A DNA stretch of 64,000 nt from Microthyrium microscopicum (GCA_010405405.1 MU004234.1:1949275-2013274), one strand, 5' to 3'. Shown: positions 50,094 through 63,327, counted from the stretch's first letter. The notes: generated from the sequence alone by a model not told the origin. Translations and numbers: made by a program.

Positions 50094-53000
50094 TCATGCA
50101 ACGCCAAATCCAATACTATGCTCCAGCGCCATCGCAAGCTTCGCTTCCAACTTCTCCTTACTCGAGTACTCGGGCAGCGAAAGTTTTGAAAAACACGTAG
50201 AGCTTGTTGGTAGCATCTCCGAGTCGTCTCCCATCTTGATGATGGAAATAATCGTCAGCCCACTGACCGGCATGCGCTCATTGCCCGTAATAAAGCCCAG
50301 TAGTGCCTTCCTCCGTTCCACTCCGTAGCCCCTTACACTCTGCCAGAACCATTGGATGACTTTGTGCTCGCGATGGTATGGGTGATCGTACTTGGCAAAC
50401 GCCCGTACCTTATCCATCTGATCCTCGGTGATCTCGCCAGCACCTTCTGCTACGCGCTGTAGCTGGCTTGGCGATATCACCGACAGGGTGGTCTTGTCCA
50501 GGATGGTGTGGAATCCAACAGCGAAGGCACTTAGAGGTCCACGTACGGTTTGCACCACGAGGTTGCGGGTATACTGTAGGACATATTCGTCAATGTTTGA
50601 CCCTGTGACAGGGCGGCTTTCCAACATGGGCTTTGAGTCAGGTGGCTCTGTGATGTGATCTGGACCTACAATGCGTTAATACAAAATTATGATTAGAGCT
50701 GACATGCGTGAAAAGACTATTTGGGGGTTTCGGCAAAACCCGTGAAACACCCATCACATCCGATGGCATCCATTGCACTCGAACGTAGAAGAACACCTTA
50801 TGGTAGCCATCGAGTGCGATGTGAAACACGCGGCTTTCGGGTTTGTTGGATATAGTCAGGAAACGTGGTTTCGCATCGGTAAATCTCACCTCCTTCGAAC
50901 GCGTCCATGTCGACGTGGTAGCGAGTGCCATTTGCCTCAAAGCTATATGTCCAGTCTAACTCCAAGTCCGCGACACTCTCATAATCATATTCGAGCAAGT
51001 GGCCAAGGCTTTCTGCTACTGTAGGCCTAGAAAGTGTCAGATGGGAACCATAGGTCGCATGGAAGATGTCTTACCAGCCATCAGCGATCGCCACAAGACG
51101 CTGCTTAGGGTCAGTGTGGAGATCGAGTTCAAAATTATCGATGAGGTGACGATAGAGGAAAAGAGGAAAAGATATTGGAAGAGTGATCCCGTTGTATATG
51201 CCTAGTGCCACAAGCAGCCCCAGCAGGATGTATGTTGACAGTGGCTCGTGAGATTGTGGGTGGAACCAGAGCTTGTTGTTGCGATCATCGGTTTTAACAA
51301 ACAGACCTGTATCGGTTAGTAAGAGTCATGCATTCGTCAAGTGAGGTTGGATTTACCACTGTCAGGATTGAAAACCTTCTCGAAAACTAGAAGAAAGTAT
51401 TCTTGGGAAACACCACCTTGGTCCACACCAGCTTCACCCGAATCTTGCCCCAAGCGGACTTTCAACGGTCGTAGCAACTCTCGTGGTTCGCGGCCCCACA
51501 GCTGATCGAATGTGTCTTCAATCAGGTAATCTCGACGGACGTTGAGCAATAGATACTTGGAAGCTGCTTTTTCCATTCGATCCTGGAGGTACAACCGGCG
51601 TTGCTCGTCATGCTCAGGCATTAGACGCCTGGTCAGGCCCTCCATATACCCAGCTTTTCGAAACGCAGCTGTCATACGCGCATAATTGAGGGTGCGAAAG
51701 GACTTGATTTGTCGATACCAAGGATGCAAGTCAGCAAATTGCATAACATGCAGTGTATTATGGGTCTTCCAACTGCTGGTGTCCTGAAAGTCGAGCAACC
51801 ATTTAGACTCATACTCTGGCCAAAGCCGATCGAAGTGGATGAGTTTGGTAGGACTCCCAGTGAACTTTGACCACTCGTTAAGTAGCTCGAGGGCGGCTCC
51901 GCATGGCTGCCAACGATTTTGAATCAGCGAGCCATCCCAGTTCTTGTACAGAATGGTCATAAGCCAAGTCGCAAACACAGTATCCGGGCTATAGTTGAGG
52001 TCCTCTGGAAAGAGTGCTTGAAGGTATTTAAGCGTCTCCGAGAAATCGGAACTGTCTGCTCCTGAATGCTCAGCTTCCTCAAAAGCACGCCTAGCTCCAC
52101 ATATCCTCACTATCTTTGTCGCCAATTCCACAGCTGGCTCTGAGTTCAGGAAATCGAGTTGGTCGATCAAGGCTGATGGTAACGCTCTAGTCATTCCGAG
52201 GCTATAGTCCTCGAATTGATGGCCTTCAGCAACGGATGCATGAAGATTCCAATCCCAGGATTCCAGAGACTCGGCGTTCGCCGGAATCAATGGTGCGATA
52301 AGAGCGACCATGGCGATGGCGAGCAACGGAATTGCTGCTCCAACGTAAACATGGGCCGGAGTATTACCATTAGCTGAAGCTGGCAGATCCTGGAACTTCC
52401 ATTCGGAAGGAGGAATAAACAATTGGTCTAGCCCGCGACTGATTTGATTGAGAAGGAAGCCATGAGAAGGCAGGCCTCGCCTAAAATATGTTAGAAAGAT
52501 TGATACAGAATATTATGGCATCTCGAGTTTCATGGAATGAAATACACGACTTGTAAAGTACCAGAAACCGGCGAAACTTTATGTGGGAATCGAAGAACAA
52601 AACAAGGACAGATCAACTTACCAATCCAAGGCTTCCATCATATCTTCGAAAGTCCAGTGCCAATTTTTTCTAAAGAGCCGCGCTGTAAAGGGCAACCCTT
52701 CAGGCCCGAAAGCCAGCTGTAAAGAAGTCTTGATATAAGTATCTTGAGATTTGCGTTTTCCTTCGTCGAGTACCAACGTGTTATCTCGATCCTGGGCTTT
52801 CAATCGAATTGCACTTTCTAGATCAAGTGAAAACTCATAACTAGTAGCCCCAGCCATTTGAAAGGAAGCCACTGAATCACTACGAATAGTGGGAGGCGAG
52901 GGCCTTTCATCATCATTCTTTGCTGGCTCGGTAGGCTGGACCTTATCATAATCGCTCAGGAATAGCCATTGTCCATGGATAACTTGGCGTGAAGGTGATA

Positions 53001-53610
53001 ATCCCAAGACGTCTCTCATAACTTGAAAGGGGACACCCTGCGGCATCTTCCAAAGAAAGTTTCTCACGGATCGAGTCGCAAATAACTTCTGGACCAGGGA
53101 CTTACGGTCCGGCTGAATCCCCGGTGCATGTTGAAAGCTATGTGCCCAATAGTCCTGCAAAGCTTTCTGGTTTGATACCACCTGTCGACCACGAGGATCG
53201 CTAACCGATCGCATAGCGAAAGCAATCGGACGAAGCTGCATATTGATTCTCCCTGAAGCTTCCTTGAAAAGTGTTTCCATGGTATTCTGCTCGATACTCA
53301 AATGCTCGGGAAGGATGACGGGCTCATTCGCGCATAACTTGTCGTACGGTTCTTGTCCAGTAGCCAGATGGAAAGCCATAATGCGCGAGGTCAAAGGAGA
53401 AGGCCGGCGTACGGGCGGCGTGGCATTTTGCTGGCGACAGCTAAAGCAATATCTTGCTGAGCAATGGGAGCTCTTGCAACCATATCGTATTTGTATCTCG
53501 AATCTTCTGACGAGGTATTGAAATTCGTATTGCTGGGCAAGTAGATCGTTCTGTGCCCCATCTCTGACAGCGCTTTCATGACTGCCATTCGTGGCATTTT
53601 CTGGGGCCAT
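50094..53610 (-). CDS. HECT E3 ubiquitin ligase with N-terminal AZUL-like zinc motif (Hul4/Mug30/E6AP-like)
   Basis: QIRYGCKSSHCSARYCFSC, LLLNVRRDYLIEDTFDQL, GEAGVDQGGVSQEYF, LGFITG, catalytic LPTSSTCF, terminal GFGVA; 4 introns. Confidence 0.9.
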
Positions 53611-54006
53611 GACTCCGGTATAACTGGTAGAACGAAAGATTTCGCGTTAAGGTGACGTGCATGCTTGATGCTGTGCTCAGGGCGTTAGACGCGGAGAAGG
53701 CGTTGGAGAATCGCGCATGTTATTCGAACATGTGTTGGTCACAGCGTATGGGGTGATTGAGGATAGTCTTGCAGTGTCTGGATTGATACGGTATGTTCCA
53801 AGGTCTTCGAGATGAATTAAGAATTGAGATGAGATATATGAAGAAAGGATTCCGGAGAGTTGGTACATGTGCGGAGAGGGAAAGGTCCGATTGGCAATGG
53901 TCAAGCTCAAGCTCGTCAGCTCACACCCCTCTCCTCTACAAACTCAACACCAGAAAACTTCTCCTTCTTCTCACCAACACAACTCTTACACTATACCAAC
54001 GCAATC

Positions 54007-55049
54007 ATGGTCGCCGACACCTACGACAGTGACTATACACCACCATCTCTCTATAAATCCAACTAACCCTCCCAGAACCCGTCCACATCGCCGTAATTGG
54101 CGGCACAGGTACACACACCCTCCCAACACCAACACCATCACAATCCACCCAACTAACTCCCCTCCCAGGAATCCACAACCTCCCCAACTTCACCCACGTC
54201 GCCACCCTCACCCCAACAACCCCCTGGGGCACCCCCTCCTCCCCAATCTCCATCCTAACGCACCCATCCCCCACCACCGGCTTACCCATCCCCATCGCCT
54301 TCCTAGCCCGCCACGGTCTCTCCCACCAATTCGCGCCCCACGAAGTCCCCGCGCGCGCCAACATCGCCGCCCTCAAAAGCCTCGGCGTGCGCAGCATCAT
54401 CGCGTTCAGCGCAGTCGGTTCGTTACAAGAAGGCATTAAGCCGCGCGACTTTGTCGTGCCTGATCAGATCATCGATCGGACGAAGGGGATACGGCCATTT
54501 ACGTTCTTTGAGGGCGGGATTGTAGGACATGTTGGTTTCGGGGACCCGTTTGATGAGGGATTGAGTGCAGTTGTGCGGAAATGTGGACACGCATTGGAGG
54601 GCGAGGGTGTGGTGTTGCATGATAAAGGGTTGTTGATCTGTATGGAGGGCCCGGCGTTTAGTACGCGGGCGGAGAGTAATTTGTATAGACAGTGGGGTGG
54701 GAGTGTGATCAATATGAGTGCGTTGCCGGAGGCCAAGTTGGCACGGGAGGCGGAGGTTGGGTATGTGATGATTTGTATGAGTACGGATTATGATTGCTGG
54801 CATGCGACGGAGGAGGATGTTAGTGTTGCGTTGGTCATGGAGAATATGGCGGCGAATGCGGCGAATGCGCAGAGGTTTGTGGGGGCGGTGCTGGATGCGT
54901 TGAGTAGTGAGGAGCATAAGGATTTGGTACAGGCGAAACATTTGGTGGGGATGGGGACGGGTGGGATTAGTACGGCTAAGAGTGCTTGGATGCCGGAGGT
55001 TATTGAAAGGATGGAGTATTTGTTTCCAGGCCAATTCAAGGGGAAGTAG
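54007..55049 (+). CDS. MEU1: S-methyl-5'-thioadenosine phosphorylase
   Basis: IAVIGGTG, TPWG.PS, FLARHG, MEGPAFSTRAES, INMSALPEAKLAREAE, STDYDCW; two 5' introns. Confidence 0.95.
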
Positions 55050-55255
55050 ATGGACGCAGTAGGTGGGCCAAAAGCGGTTCAACATGATTTATGAGCGACG
55101 AGGCATGATTGAAGCGGTTATTGTATGCACTTCAACACAGTGTGTGAATGTAGACTATTGAAGAGCGGATATGTTGACCGTGTTTTGATCTATCAAATGT
55201 ATAAAGCCACCAATTCATGCAATGCAGTCATGAGCACATCATTCGCTGAGACCGA

Positions 55256-57293
55256 TCAACGATATTCATCCATAAATTTCTTGTGGAAATCAGCGATACG
55301 GCCAACCCATTCAGTTCCAGGCGGAAGGAAAGTAGTCCGGAAATGTAAAGTGCCTTCAGCTTGTCCGAATCCTGAGCCTGGAATGACACAGATGCCAGTA
55401 CTGTCAAGAAGCTTGATGCAGTAGAACTGGTCTGCAGACATTTTCTCTTCCTTTGCCGCCTCTTGTGCCTTCTGCGGAAGCGTGATACTAGGGAAGAGGT
55501 ACATAGCGCCCTATTGAAAGTTAGAAAATGGTTTGATTCGGAAAGAGGAAAGAGGAAAGAGTTGGGTACCTGAGGATCTTGACAACTGACACCCTCCATC
55601 TTCTTGAAAGCATCAAAAAGAGCATTCGCTCGCTTCTTAAGACCTTCGTAAGTCCCATCATACTCTTGCTTGTACTGCTCATAGCTCTCTTCGCCCTCCT
55701 TCGGTGGGTTCGTCATCAGCTCAACCATACACTGCCCAACAACAGGCGGACAAAGCATGATGCTGATAAACTTGTAGATCTCCGCTTCAACCTTTGGGTC
55801 GAACCCTACCAGTTCAAAGTAGCCACCTCGGTGCCCACACTCACCTACCATTCCCTTGGAAACGCTGTGCAACGAAGCAAGCTCGATGTGATCATACTTA
55901 CCAGACTCCTCCTTCTGTAAGTCACGCAAGCACTTCTTGAACGAGCTGAATTTCCCAATGAAGACGTTGGTTTGGTAAACTTCATCAGCCATGACCACCA
56001 GTTTTTCTTCAGCGGCGAGCTTGAGGACTGCCTTGACATCATCTTCTGAGAGACTGGCGCCGGTGGGATTGCCTGGATTAATGATTACGATGGCTTTGAC
56101 TTCTGTTCCCTCGGCGCGAGCGTCATCGAGAGACTTTTTGATAATTTCAAGGTTTGTGCCCCATGCTTTGCTTTCGTCGAGATAGTAGGGTACGCATTTG
56201 GTGTTGAGGACGGCCAATGTTGCAGTGTACAAGGGGTATTGTGGGATTGGGACTAGGATTCCGGTGGATGGCGAAGAGCTGATTACGTTGAGGAGAGTGT
56301 TCACGCCAGAGGATGCACCGGCGGAGAGATAAATATGGGCAGGGTCGGCGGAGTAGCCATCGCGGCCTAAAGATGGTTAGAAAGTTTCAAAGCAGCATAC
56401 CTGACCGATCATGAGGCTGTAGACAAGGCTGAGCTTGCAGTCAATGCTCCCAAGCATGGAGGGGAGAGTTCCGACATCGCGAGTCGCAAGGAAATTTTCC
56501 GATCTGACAATGTATGAAAGGATCAAAATGGAGTAGACTCACGTTCAATAAAATCAGCAACGCTTTGCTTAATTCCTGGAGCACCGGAACTATTGCTGTA
56601 TGCGCCGACACTCTTGACTTCTTTTAACAAAGTTCTTGCGCGCGCAATTGCATCCTTCTTGTAGCCCAAGCCAATCAAAGCATCTTCTTTTTCTAAAAGA
56701 TCTGGCCATTCTAACAGACTAACAACCTGGCGAAAGAAGGTAATTGGCTTTTGGTCGAGTTGCTGTGGGTTGCCAATGTTGGCGAAAATGACTTGATCGA
56801 AAGGTAGATCTTTGCCTTCGCCTTTGGCTAGAGTGGCGCGATACTGCTCAGCGCGCTGAGGAATGACACCGCGCACAGCATATTCGGCGGTGCGAACATG
56901 AGGATTGATGGTATCGATGGTGAGAACGTTGGTAGAAGTCATGGCTGAGGGAACACTGTAGTGTCTACGTTGAATGTTGTGATTGAGGCGACGAGTATTA
57001 GACTTTATATGGGAAGAAGCTGGCCAAGAAGAGACAGCGGATCGCGCCGAGTACAGGCTGGGATCAGGCCTGCGGTATTTATGGGCAAGAGTGAGAGACT
57101 TTGGCAGATTGGAGTGGGGTTTGGGAAGAGCTTGAGAGAATAGAGAAGAGGCAATGGGCGATGATAAGAAGGAAGAGTGATTGAGTGGTGTCAGTGTCGG
57201 AGCATAAAGCAAAGCTCCTCGCCAGGATAGGCTGCCAGTAGTTGTCCAGACGGAACCACGGATTCGATGACGGATACACGTCAATGGAAGCAT
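55256..57293 (-). CDS. ALT1: Alanine aminotransferase (PLP class I), long N-terminal presequence
   Basis: AEYAVRG, FANIGNPQQL, PIPQYPLY, INPGNPTG, ADEVYQ, SVSKGMVGECGHRGGY, PGSGFGQ. Introns at 56367-56542 and about 55512-55569; second in-frame ATG at 56943. Confidence 0.95.
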
Positions 57294-57785
57294 CTTGATA
57301 GCGCTTTGCCGAGCAATAGGCTAGTAAGATGGTTGTTGATAATAATGTCCCGTTGTGAGTCTTTCAACATGCAGCATGAGCTCACCTCTCAGCTACATGC
57401 AGAACAAGACATTGTGATCTTGTTTGAAAAGGGCGAAGACCTTCAACAGTACTCTAGAGTCTAGAGTAAAAGCAAACGACAGCTTGAGCTTGGAAAGTCC
57501 ATGCAGCAACATCCCACGTTCCAAAATAACTCCCCGCTCTCTGGAACACAGTGCACTAACAGCTACTAAGACTTGTCAACGCTATTGGTCCGAGAGCTCT
57601 AGACCGCATCAAAACGGTGAGCACCATAGACATGAGCTAAGCTCTCTGATATCACACTCGATGGGCAACTGAGCTAATCGTCAGCCTGGATGGACTTACA
57701 ATGTTTGCAAATATTCATCATTCAATGTCTATCTAGTACCTTGTAGTGGTAGTTGAGCAACATATATTGCCAAGACGACTCGCCT

Positions 57786-59378
57786 TTAGCCTCGTTCGCT
57801 TCCTCTCAGCCTGACCGACTGACCGTATTTTTGTAGCTTGGTGATAAGTTGATCACCTTGTTTGACCACATCTGCATATTGTCGGTTCTTGTCACCCGGT
57901 CGGTTTGTCTCAATCACTTCGTTGACTCGATCAATCGTACACGGCACACGATCAGTTGCGATGAAATTGGACAGATCCCTATCCTTGTCAGCAAACTACT
58001 TCCAGTTACATATGGGTAAACTTACTTGTCCAAGAAGTCAATTGTGACACCAAAGTCCTTGGCCATGCTTCGAAGCCCCACCACGCGATAGCTCTGAAGA
58101 AGCTGTTGATAGCCTCGCAGCCGCATTTCGCGTATGAACCAGTGGCGATGCTCATATAAGTACCGATCCTGGCTAAGGAAATTGGTTTCTACCGTTCCAA
58201 GAGAGTCAAAGAACTTGGTATAGGTGCCAGTGTACAAGCTACCAACCAGATCGGCGAGAGATGAGAAATCAATCGCTGATTCTGCGTCTTGCTCCTCTGC
58301 CGTTGACTGTCCAAGAGTTGTGAGATTGACTGCTGCGGGACGTGGTGTTGCTGAGGTTGTAGTGCCAGCGTCTGGCATATCTTCATCTCCGGCCGATGGC
58401 CCAGCTGATAGAGCACCAGAAAGCGCTGCCAGTTTGTCGCTGCTATCACCTAAAATAGCCTTGATCTCAGGTGCATCTACCACTTTTGTTTTGAAATCCA
58501 CACGCTTGAGTGACACAGAGCCTGCGAGCACAGCGTAGACGACCAATGACGAGTAGTTGCAGAGCTCGTAACTGGTAAAGGTAGACAGGCTGTCGAGGAG
58601 TAGAGGGGCTGCGAGAGAGTATGATCGAACGGTGAGGAGATGAAGACCTTGATAGGCCTTTAGACGGTTGCGGCGATCCCAGTCACCACCGCTTTCCACC
58701 AAAGCGCTGGCTCGGTCAATGGTCTTCTTCACCAGAAGCTTGTCTCCAAAGAAAAGTCCAGTGCGAATAATGGCGAGGACGATGTCAATCTTGGTGCCTA
58801 GTATGCTGGTTTTCTCAAATAGCGTCTCGTACTCGGCGATGCCCTTGTCCTGTTGTCAAAGAATCAGCAGTTGTGTCCATGAGCGCATTTGCAATATATA
58901 CCTTGTGGCCCACTCGTGTCCAGAACTCGGCTCTCTTGCCCTTTGCAGACTGAACTTCAGTGTCTCCAGCCTTTTCCACAGCTTCTTCCTCCTCCTTTTT
59001 GATAGCTTCAAGCTCAGCCTCATTCGCCTTGACCAGCTTTTCATACAGCGCTTCATCCCACGGTAGACTGACAGTCAAGCTTGGCCGCCGTGTCGCGAGT
59101 AGATTTGTAGCGTTGGAAGGTGTTCGTCGGATAGCTGTCATGCCGTAGCTATCTGCAGTTGGCTGAGCAGAAGTACCTTCCCCAAGCATGTTCAGGATGC
59201 CTTCGGTGGGATGGGCTAGGTATCGATATAGAGGAGCCATCTCCTTCTCCTCGATGGCAGTCTGCAGGAACTTGAGGGACGCATTTTGGACAATCTGAGA
59301 GGACGAGGGATTCGTTAGATGGAAGATATGCTGGGAGAGGGTGAGGTCGGGGAATTTTGAATAGAGAATGTCTCCCAT
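57786..59378 (-). CDS. RPN7: 26S proteasome lid subunit Rpn7
   Basis: MAPLYRYL, GGDWDRRNRLKAY, DSLSTFTSYEL, REMRLRGYQQLLQSY, TNRPGDKN, QGDQLITKLQKYGQ; 2 introns. Confidence 0.95.
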
Positions 59379-60256
59379 GGCTACTGATTGAGGCGGAAAG
59401 CCAGTAAATGGTCCAGAGGTGGTTGATTATGAGGCTATGAAGCAACCAGAAAAGCTTCAGACGCACGATGAGATGGTGCTGAATGTGTTGTGGAGAGAGC
59501 TTTTGGTGGTTGGAGCGGGAGCTTGTCTCGTCAGCCACGCGTTTCTTGTGCCTGGACGCTGTAGGAAGGAGCGACGTTGGCCAAGGGAGGGGCGCCACAC
59601 CTCTCAATGAATTGGCTCCCCAGCACTACTGAATATAATATGCTGCATTTCACAACCCATTTCATGAAATTTCAAAAGATTAGCGGTATCTTGGGAAATT
59701 AAAGCACTCGATCATAGAGCGTAGCCTATGAGAGCCAGCGAGGTTGATGGGACTAAATATCTTGGGAGCTATCCATATTCAACCAGGTTGGCTGAGGTTC
59801 CGAAGTTGTCAGAAGCAACCTTGGAACGGTTGAGGAAGGCGCGCCACACGCTCTTTCCTTCATAAACTCCAACGCCCTTGCCAACCAACATCGTATCAAA
59901 GATCACATTCAACCTATCCAAATACTTCAACTCACCTGAAAGAACTTCACTCTCTAGGCCGATATATGATTCAACCCCTCTCGATCATTCAGCCAATCGT
60001 ACAAAGAGCTTCGTACTAATACCACGAGTTACCATAACGTCTCTTTTTGACAACCCCTCACCGACAAAGCTGAGCCGCATTGCTCAGTTTGATATCCTAT
60101 ACAGTCATCAAATCAGTTTGCCTTTGAAGTTCTACATCTGCGTCGAAGCACAATACGAAGCACGGAAACGCAATAAGTCGATCGGTCATCCTAACCTTAC
60201 CTCCTCAACATCACCAATACTACAGCCTTACAGCATCGAGTCATAAACACATAGCA

Positions 60257-61690
60257 ATGACCGAAACAAAAGAAGGCACCAGTTCGAGCCGCAAACCGGC
60301 AGAAATGGACCGCGCTCAAAAGCGAAAGCGCGATGGTTCTGTCACTCCACCACCACGATCCCCTCCCCGCGAGAGAAAGCGTCCTGGCGCCTCCTCTGGC
60401 CTTCCCAGCGGCCGCGTCGAGAAACGCCGACCCGGACCCTCACAACCACGCAAAAGAGATGGATCCGTAACCCCTCCACCACGCTCTCCTCCCCGCGAGA
60501 GAAAGCGCCCAGGCGTCTCCGCTCGCCTCCCAACTCGACGTCCTGAAGCCTTATCCCGCGACGCACCTCGAGATCAAAACCCCCCAGACATGATGTTACA
60601 GCGCGGCGTGCATAATGTGGTCGCCCAGCACTATAACGCTGTCCCCGAGCGTGGCCGAGCATGGCGTCAGACCGACAGCAAGATCAAGGGTCTGCGCAGC
60701 TTCAACAACTGGGTCAAAAGTGTGTTGATCCAGAAATGTGCCCCTAAAGAAGACGGCAGGGTCATGCGCAATGCCAAGGTTCTGGATATTGGCTGCGGAA
60801 AGGGTGGTGATCTGATGAAATGGCAGAAGAATCATATTGAACTGTATGTGGGCATTGATCCGGCGGATGTGAGCATCGATCAAGCTCGCGATCGGTATGA
60901 GCAAATGAAGCGTAAAGATCGAAGGCTTTTTCATGGAGAATTTATTGCGAGAGATGGATTTGGACAGTCGCTGGACGGTATTGACATCGTCATGCGCGTC
61001 GGCTTCGACAAGGGACTGGATGCTCGTTGGGGCGGTGGTGGGTTTGACATTGTTAGCATGATGTTCTGCATGCACTATGCCTTTGAGACGGAAGCAAAAG
61101 CGAGACAGATGTTGCAAAATGTCGCGGGTGCACTTCGCAAGGGTGGCCGATTTTTGGGTGTCATTCCAAACTCTGATGCGCTCTCCGAGAGAGTCGAAGA
61201 ATACTACAAAAAGCACTCCAAAGCTGCTCCTCCGGTCCAGGATGACGAAGACGATGACTGGGATCCAGAGAAGAGCTTGGACACCAAAGAAGAAGAGCCC
61301 GCTGCCAAAGACAAAGAAGAGTCGGAGGAGATCGGCTGGGGCAACAGCATCTACAACGTCAAATTTCCCCAAGGTGCACCAAAGGATGGTATCTTTCGAC
61401 CTCCATATGGTCACAAGTATTTCTTCTTTCTGGAAGAGGCGGTGGATGAGGTTCCAGAGTTTGTTGTTCCATGGGAAGCTTTCAGAGGACTGGCTGAAGA
61501 ATACAATCTTTCAATGGAATATCGAATGCCGTTCAGAGAGGTTTGGGAGCAAGAGAGGCACAATCCAGTTTTTCGAGAACTCAGCGAGCGCATGAACGTA
61601 CGAGACCGGAATACAGGAGAACTGCGCGTCAGTGAGGAGGAGATGGAAGCAGCTAGTTTCTATCATGCATTTTGTTTCGAGAAGGTCTAA
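60257..61690 (+). CDS. ABD1: mRNA cap guanine-N7 methyltransferase
   Basis: VAQHYN, LRSFNNWVKSVLI, VLDIGCGKGGDLMKW, FCMHYAFETE, VPEFVVPW, FY.AFCFEK. Confidence 0.95.
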   Translation: MTETKEGTSSSRKPAEMDRAQKRKRDGSVTPPPRSPPRERKRPGASSGLPSGRVEKRRPGPSQPRKRDGSVTPPPRSPPRERKRPGVSARLPTRRPEALSRDAPRDQNPPDMMLQRGVHNVVAQHYNAVPERGRAWRQTDSKIKGLRSFNNWVKSVLIQKCAPKEDGRVMRNAKVLDIGCGKGGDLMKWQKNHIELYVGIDPADVSIDQARDRYEQMKRKDRRLFHGEFIARDGFGQSLDGIDIVMRVGFDKGLDARWGGGGFDIVSMMFCMHYAFETEAKARQMLQNVAGALRKGGRFLGVIPNSDALSERVEEYYKKHSKAAPPVQDDEDDDWDPEKSLDTKEEEPAAKDKEESEEIGWGNSIYNVKFPQGAPKDGIFRPPYGHKYFFFLEEAVDEVPEFVVPWEAFRGLAEEYNLSMEYRMPFREVWEQERHNPVFRELSERMNVRDRNTGELRVSEEEMEAASFYHAFCFEKV

Positions 61691-61716
61691 TTCCATCGAG
61701 ATACAAGCCTGTCATA

Positions 61717-61745
61717 CAATCAACCAATCAATCAATCAATCAATC
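61717..61745. repeat. (CAAT)n microsatellite
   Basis: caatcaaccaatcaatcaatcaatcaatc downstream of ABD1. Confidence 0.8.
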
Positions 61746-61901
61746 TTATTTGACTGAAAACCTCTTATGTACACCCCATTAATCGCTGTCGTGACACCCA
61801 TCTCACATTCTCCCAATTCTGAGAAACCGCCAAGCCTCCCCAACTTCACCCCATAACCTCTCTCCCATGCCACCATCTCCTTCCACCTGTCTCCCACAAA
61901 C

Positions 61902-62801
61902 ATGACGAAATTCCGCCCCTGTATAGATCTTCACGCCGGCCACGTTAAGCAAATCGTCGGCGGCACACTCACAGACTCTGACGCAACTCTCACCACCAAC
62001 TTCGTCTCGGAACACAGCGCAGGCTACTATGCGAAACTGTATAAAGAGCATGGACTAGAGGGCGCGCATGTCATTATGCTGGGGCCGGGGAATGAGGATG
62101 CGGCCAAGGAGGCGTTGGCAGCGTGGCCTGGTGGATTACAGGTTGGGGGAGGAGTGAGTGCTGAGAATGCGAGGAGTTGGGTGGAGAGGGGGGCAAGTAA
62201 GGTACGTGGTGGTGATGAAGGGCGGGAAATGAAGGGGAGAAGAGAGAGGGGAGAGCATGGTGGCTAATGGATACAGGTCATCATTACGAGTTATCTGTTT
62301 CCGGAGGGCAAATTTGATCTCAAGAGATTGGAGAAGACCGTGGAAGCGTTGGGAGGGAAGGAGCAGTTGGTGATAGACTTGAGCTGTCGAAGACGGGAGA
62401 ATGGATGGTTTGTGGCCATGAATAAGTGGCAGACGATTACAGACTTTGAGGTTTCACACGGTAATGTTACAGGAACATGATCTATGACATATATCACTAA
62501 TAGCGGTGGAACAGACAACATCCGCATGCTAGAGGACTACTGCTCCGAATTTCTCATACACGCAGCAGACGTCGAGGGTCTCCAAGGAGGAATCGACGGC
62601 GACTTGGTATCAAAGCTGGCAGAATGGTGTACGATCCCCGTCACATATGCAGGCGGCGGTAAACATTTAGATGATCTCAGCCTTGTGAAAAAGCTTAGCA
62701 ATGGCAAAGTCGATTTGACAATTGGCAGTGCGCTGGATATTTTTGGCGGCAGTCTGGTACGGTTTGATGACTGTGTGGCCTGGAACCGGGAACAAGAATG
62801 A
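61902..62801 (+). CDS. HIS6: ProFAR isomerase (histidine biosynthesis)
   Basis: [62 protein letters not shown]; 2 introns. Confidence 0.95.
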
Positions 62802-63327
62802 TGGATAGATTGATGCTAATATGGACTTGGCTCGTGGACAGTCAATTATAGAAATCATACAAATCATGGGCCACCGAGGCTTATAAGATATATGATAGAA
62901 AGGTTTGAACACTGGTAGAGAAGCATTGGACATATTAAAAATATCATGGATAGCCCGGTGGAAACCGTTTGTTACCGAACGATTGGCATCAAGCGACATC
63001 GGGGCATGCGTATGCGGTCGATGTTTATAGATTATCGACGATTTGCCGCTTCGGAGCTCTGAAGGCGCGAAGCTCGTTTGTATATCATTTGACCTTGCGC
63101 TGTGGAAATAACCTTGGATCTGATACCTCGGTCTTGAACTCATATCGCAAGCGATCTAGAATCTGACATCACGAATGACATATCAATCCATCGTACAACA
63201 GCCAATTGTCAAAACGTCGGCCTTACGATCTTGTCTCTCTCGACGTTCATATAGCAACTCACCTGCTGCTGTCTCAAACATCATTTCACGACAATTACGT
63301 CCAAGACTACCCACCCAGCCCCGAATC

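Noticed and set aside
3769..55049. MET10, MET22 and MEU1 as a sulfur/methionine gene cluster
   Set aside because: Separated by 14-32 kb of unrelated genes; no evidence of clustering.
56367..56542. Possible cassette exon in the 176-nt ALT1 intron (internal GTATGC donor)
   Set aside because: The resulting downstream intron would be only 34 nt, shorter than any other here; the single-intron model gives the correct protein.
59518..59523. GGAGCT, a possible Rpn4-type element upstream of RPN7
   Set aside because: A 6-mer is too frequent by chance to support from one promoter.
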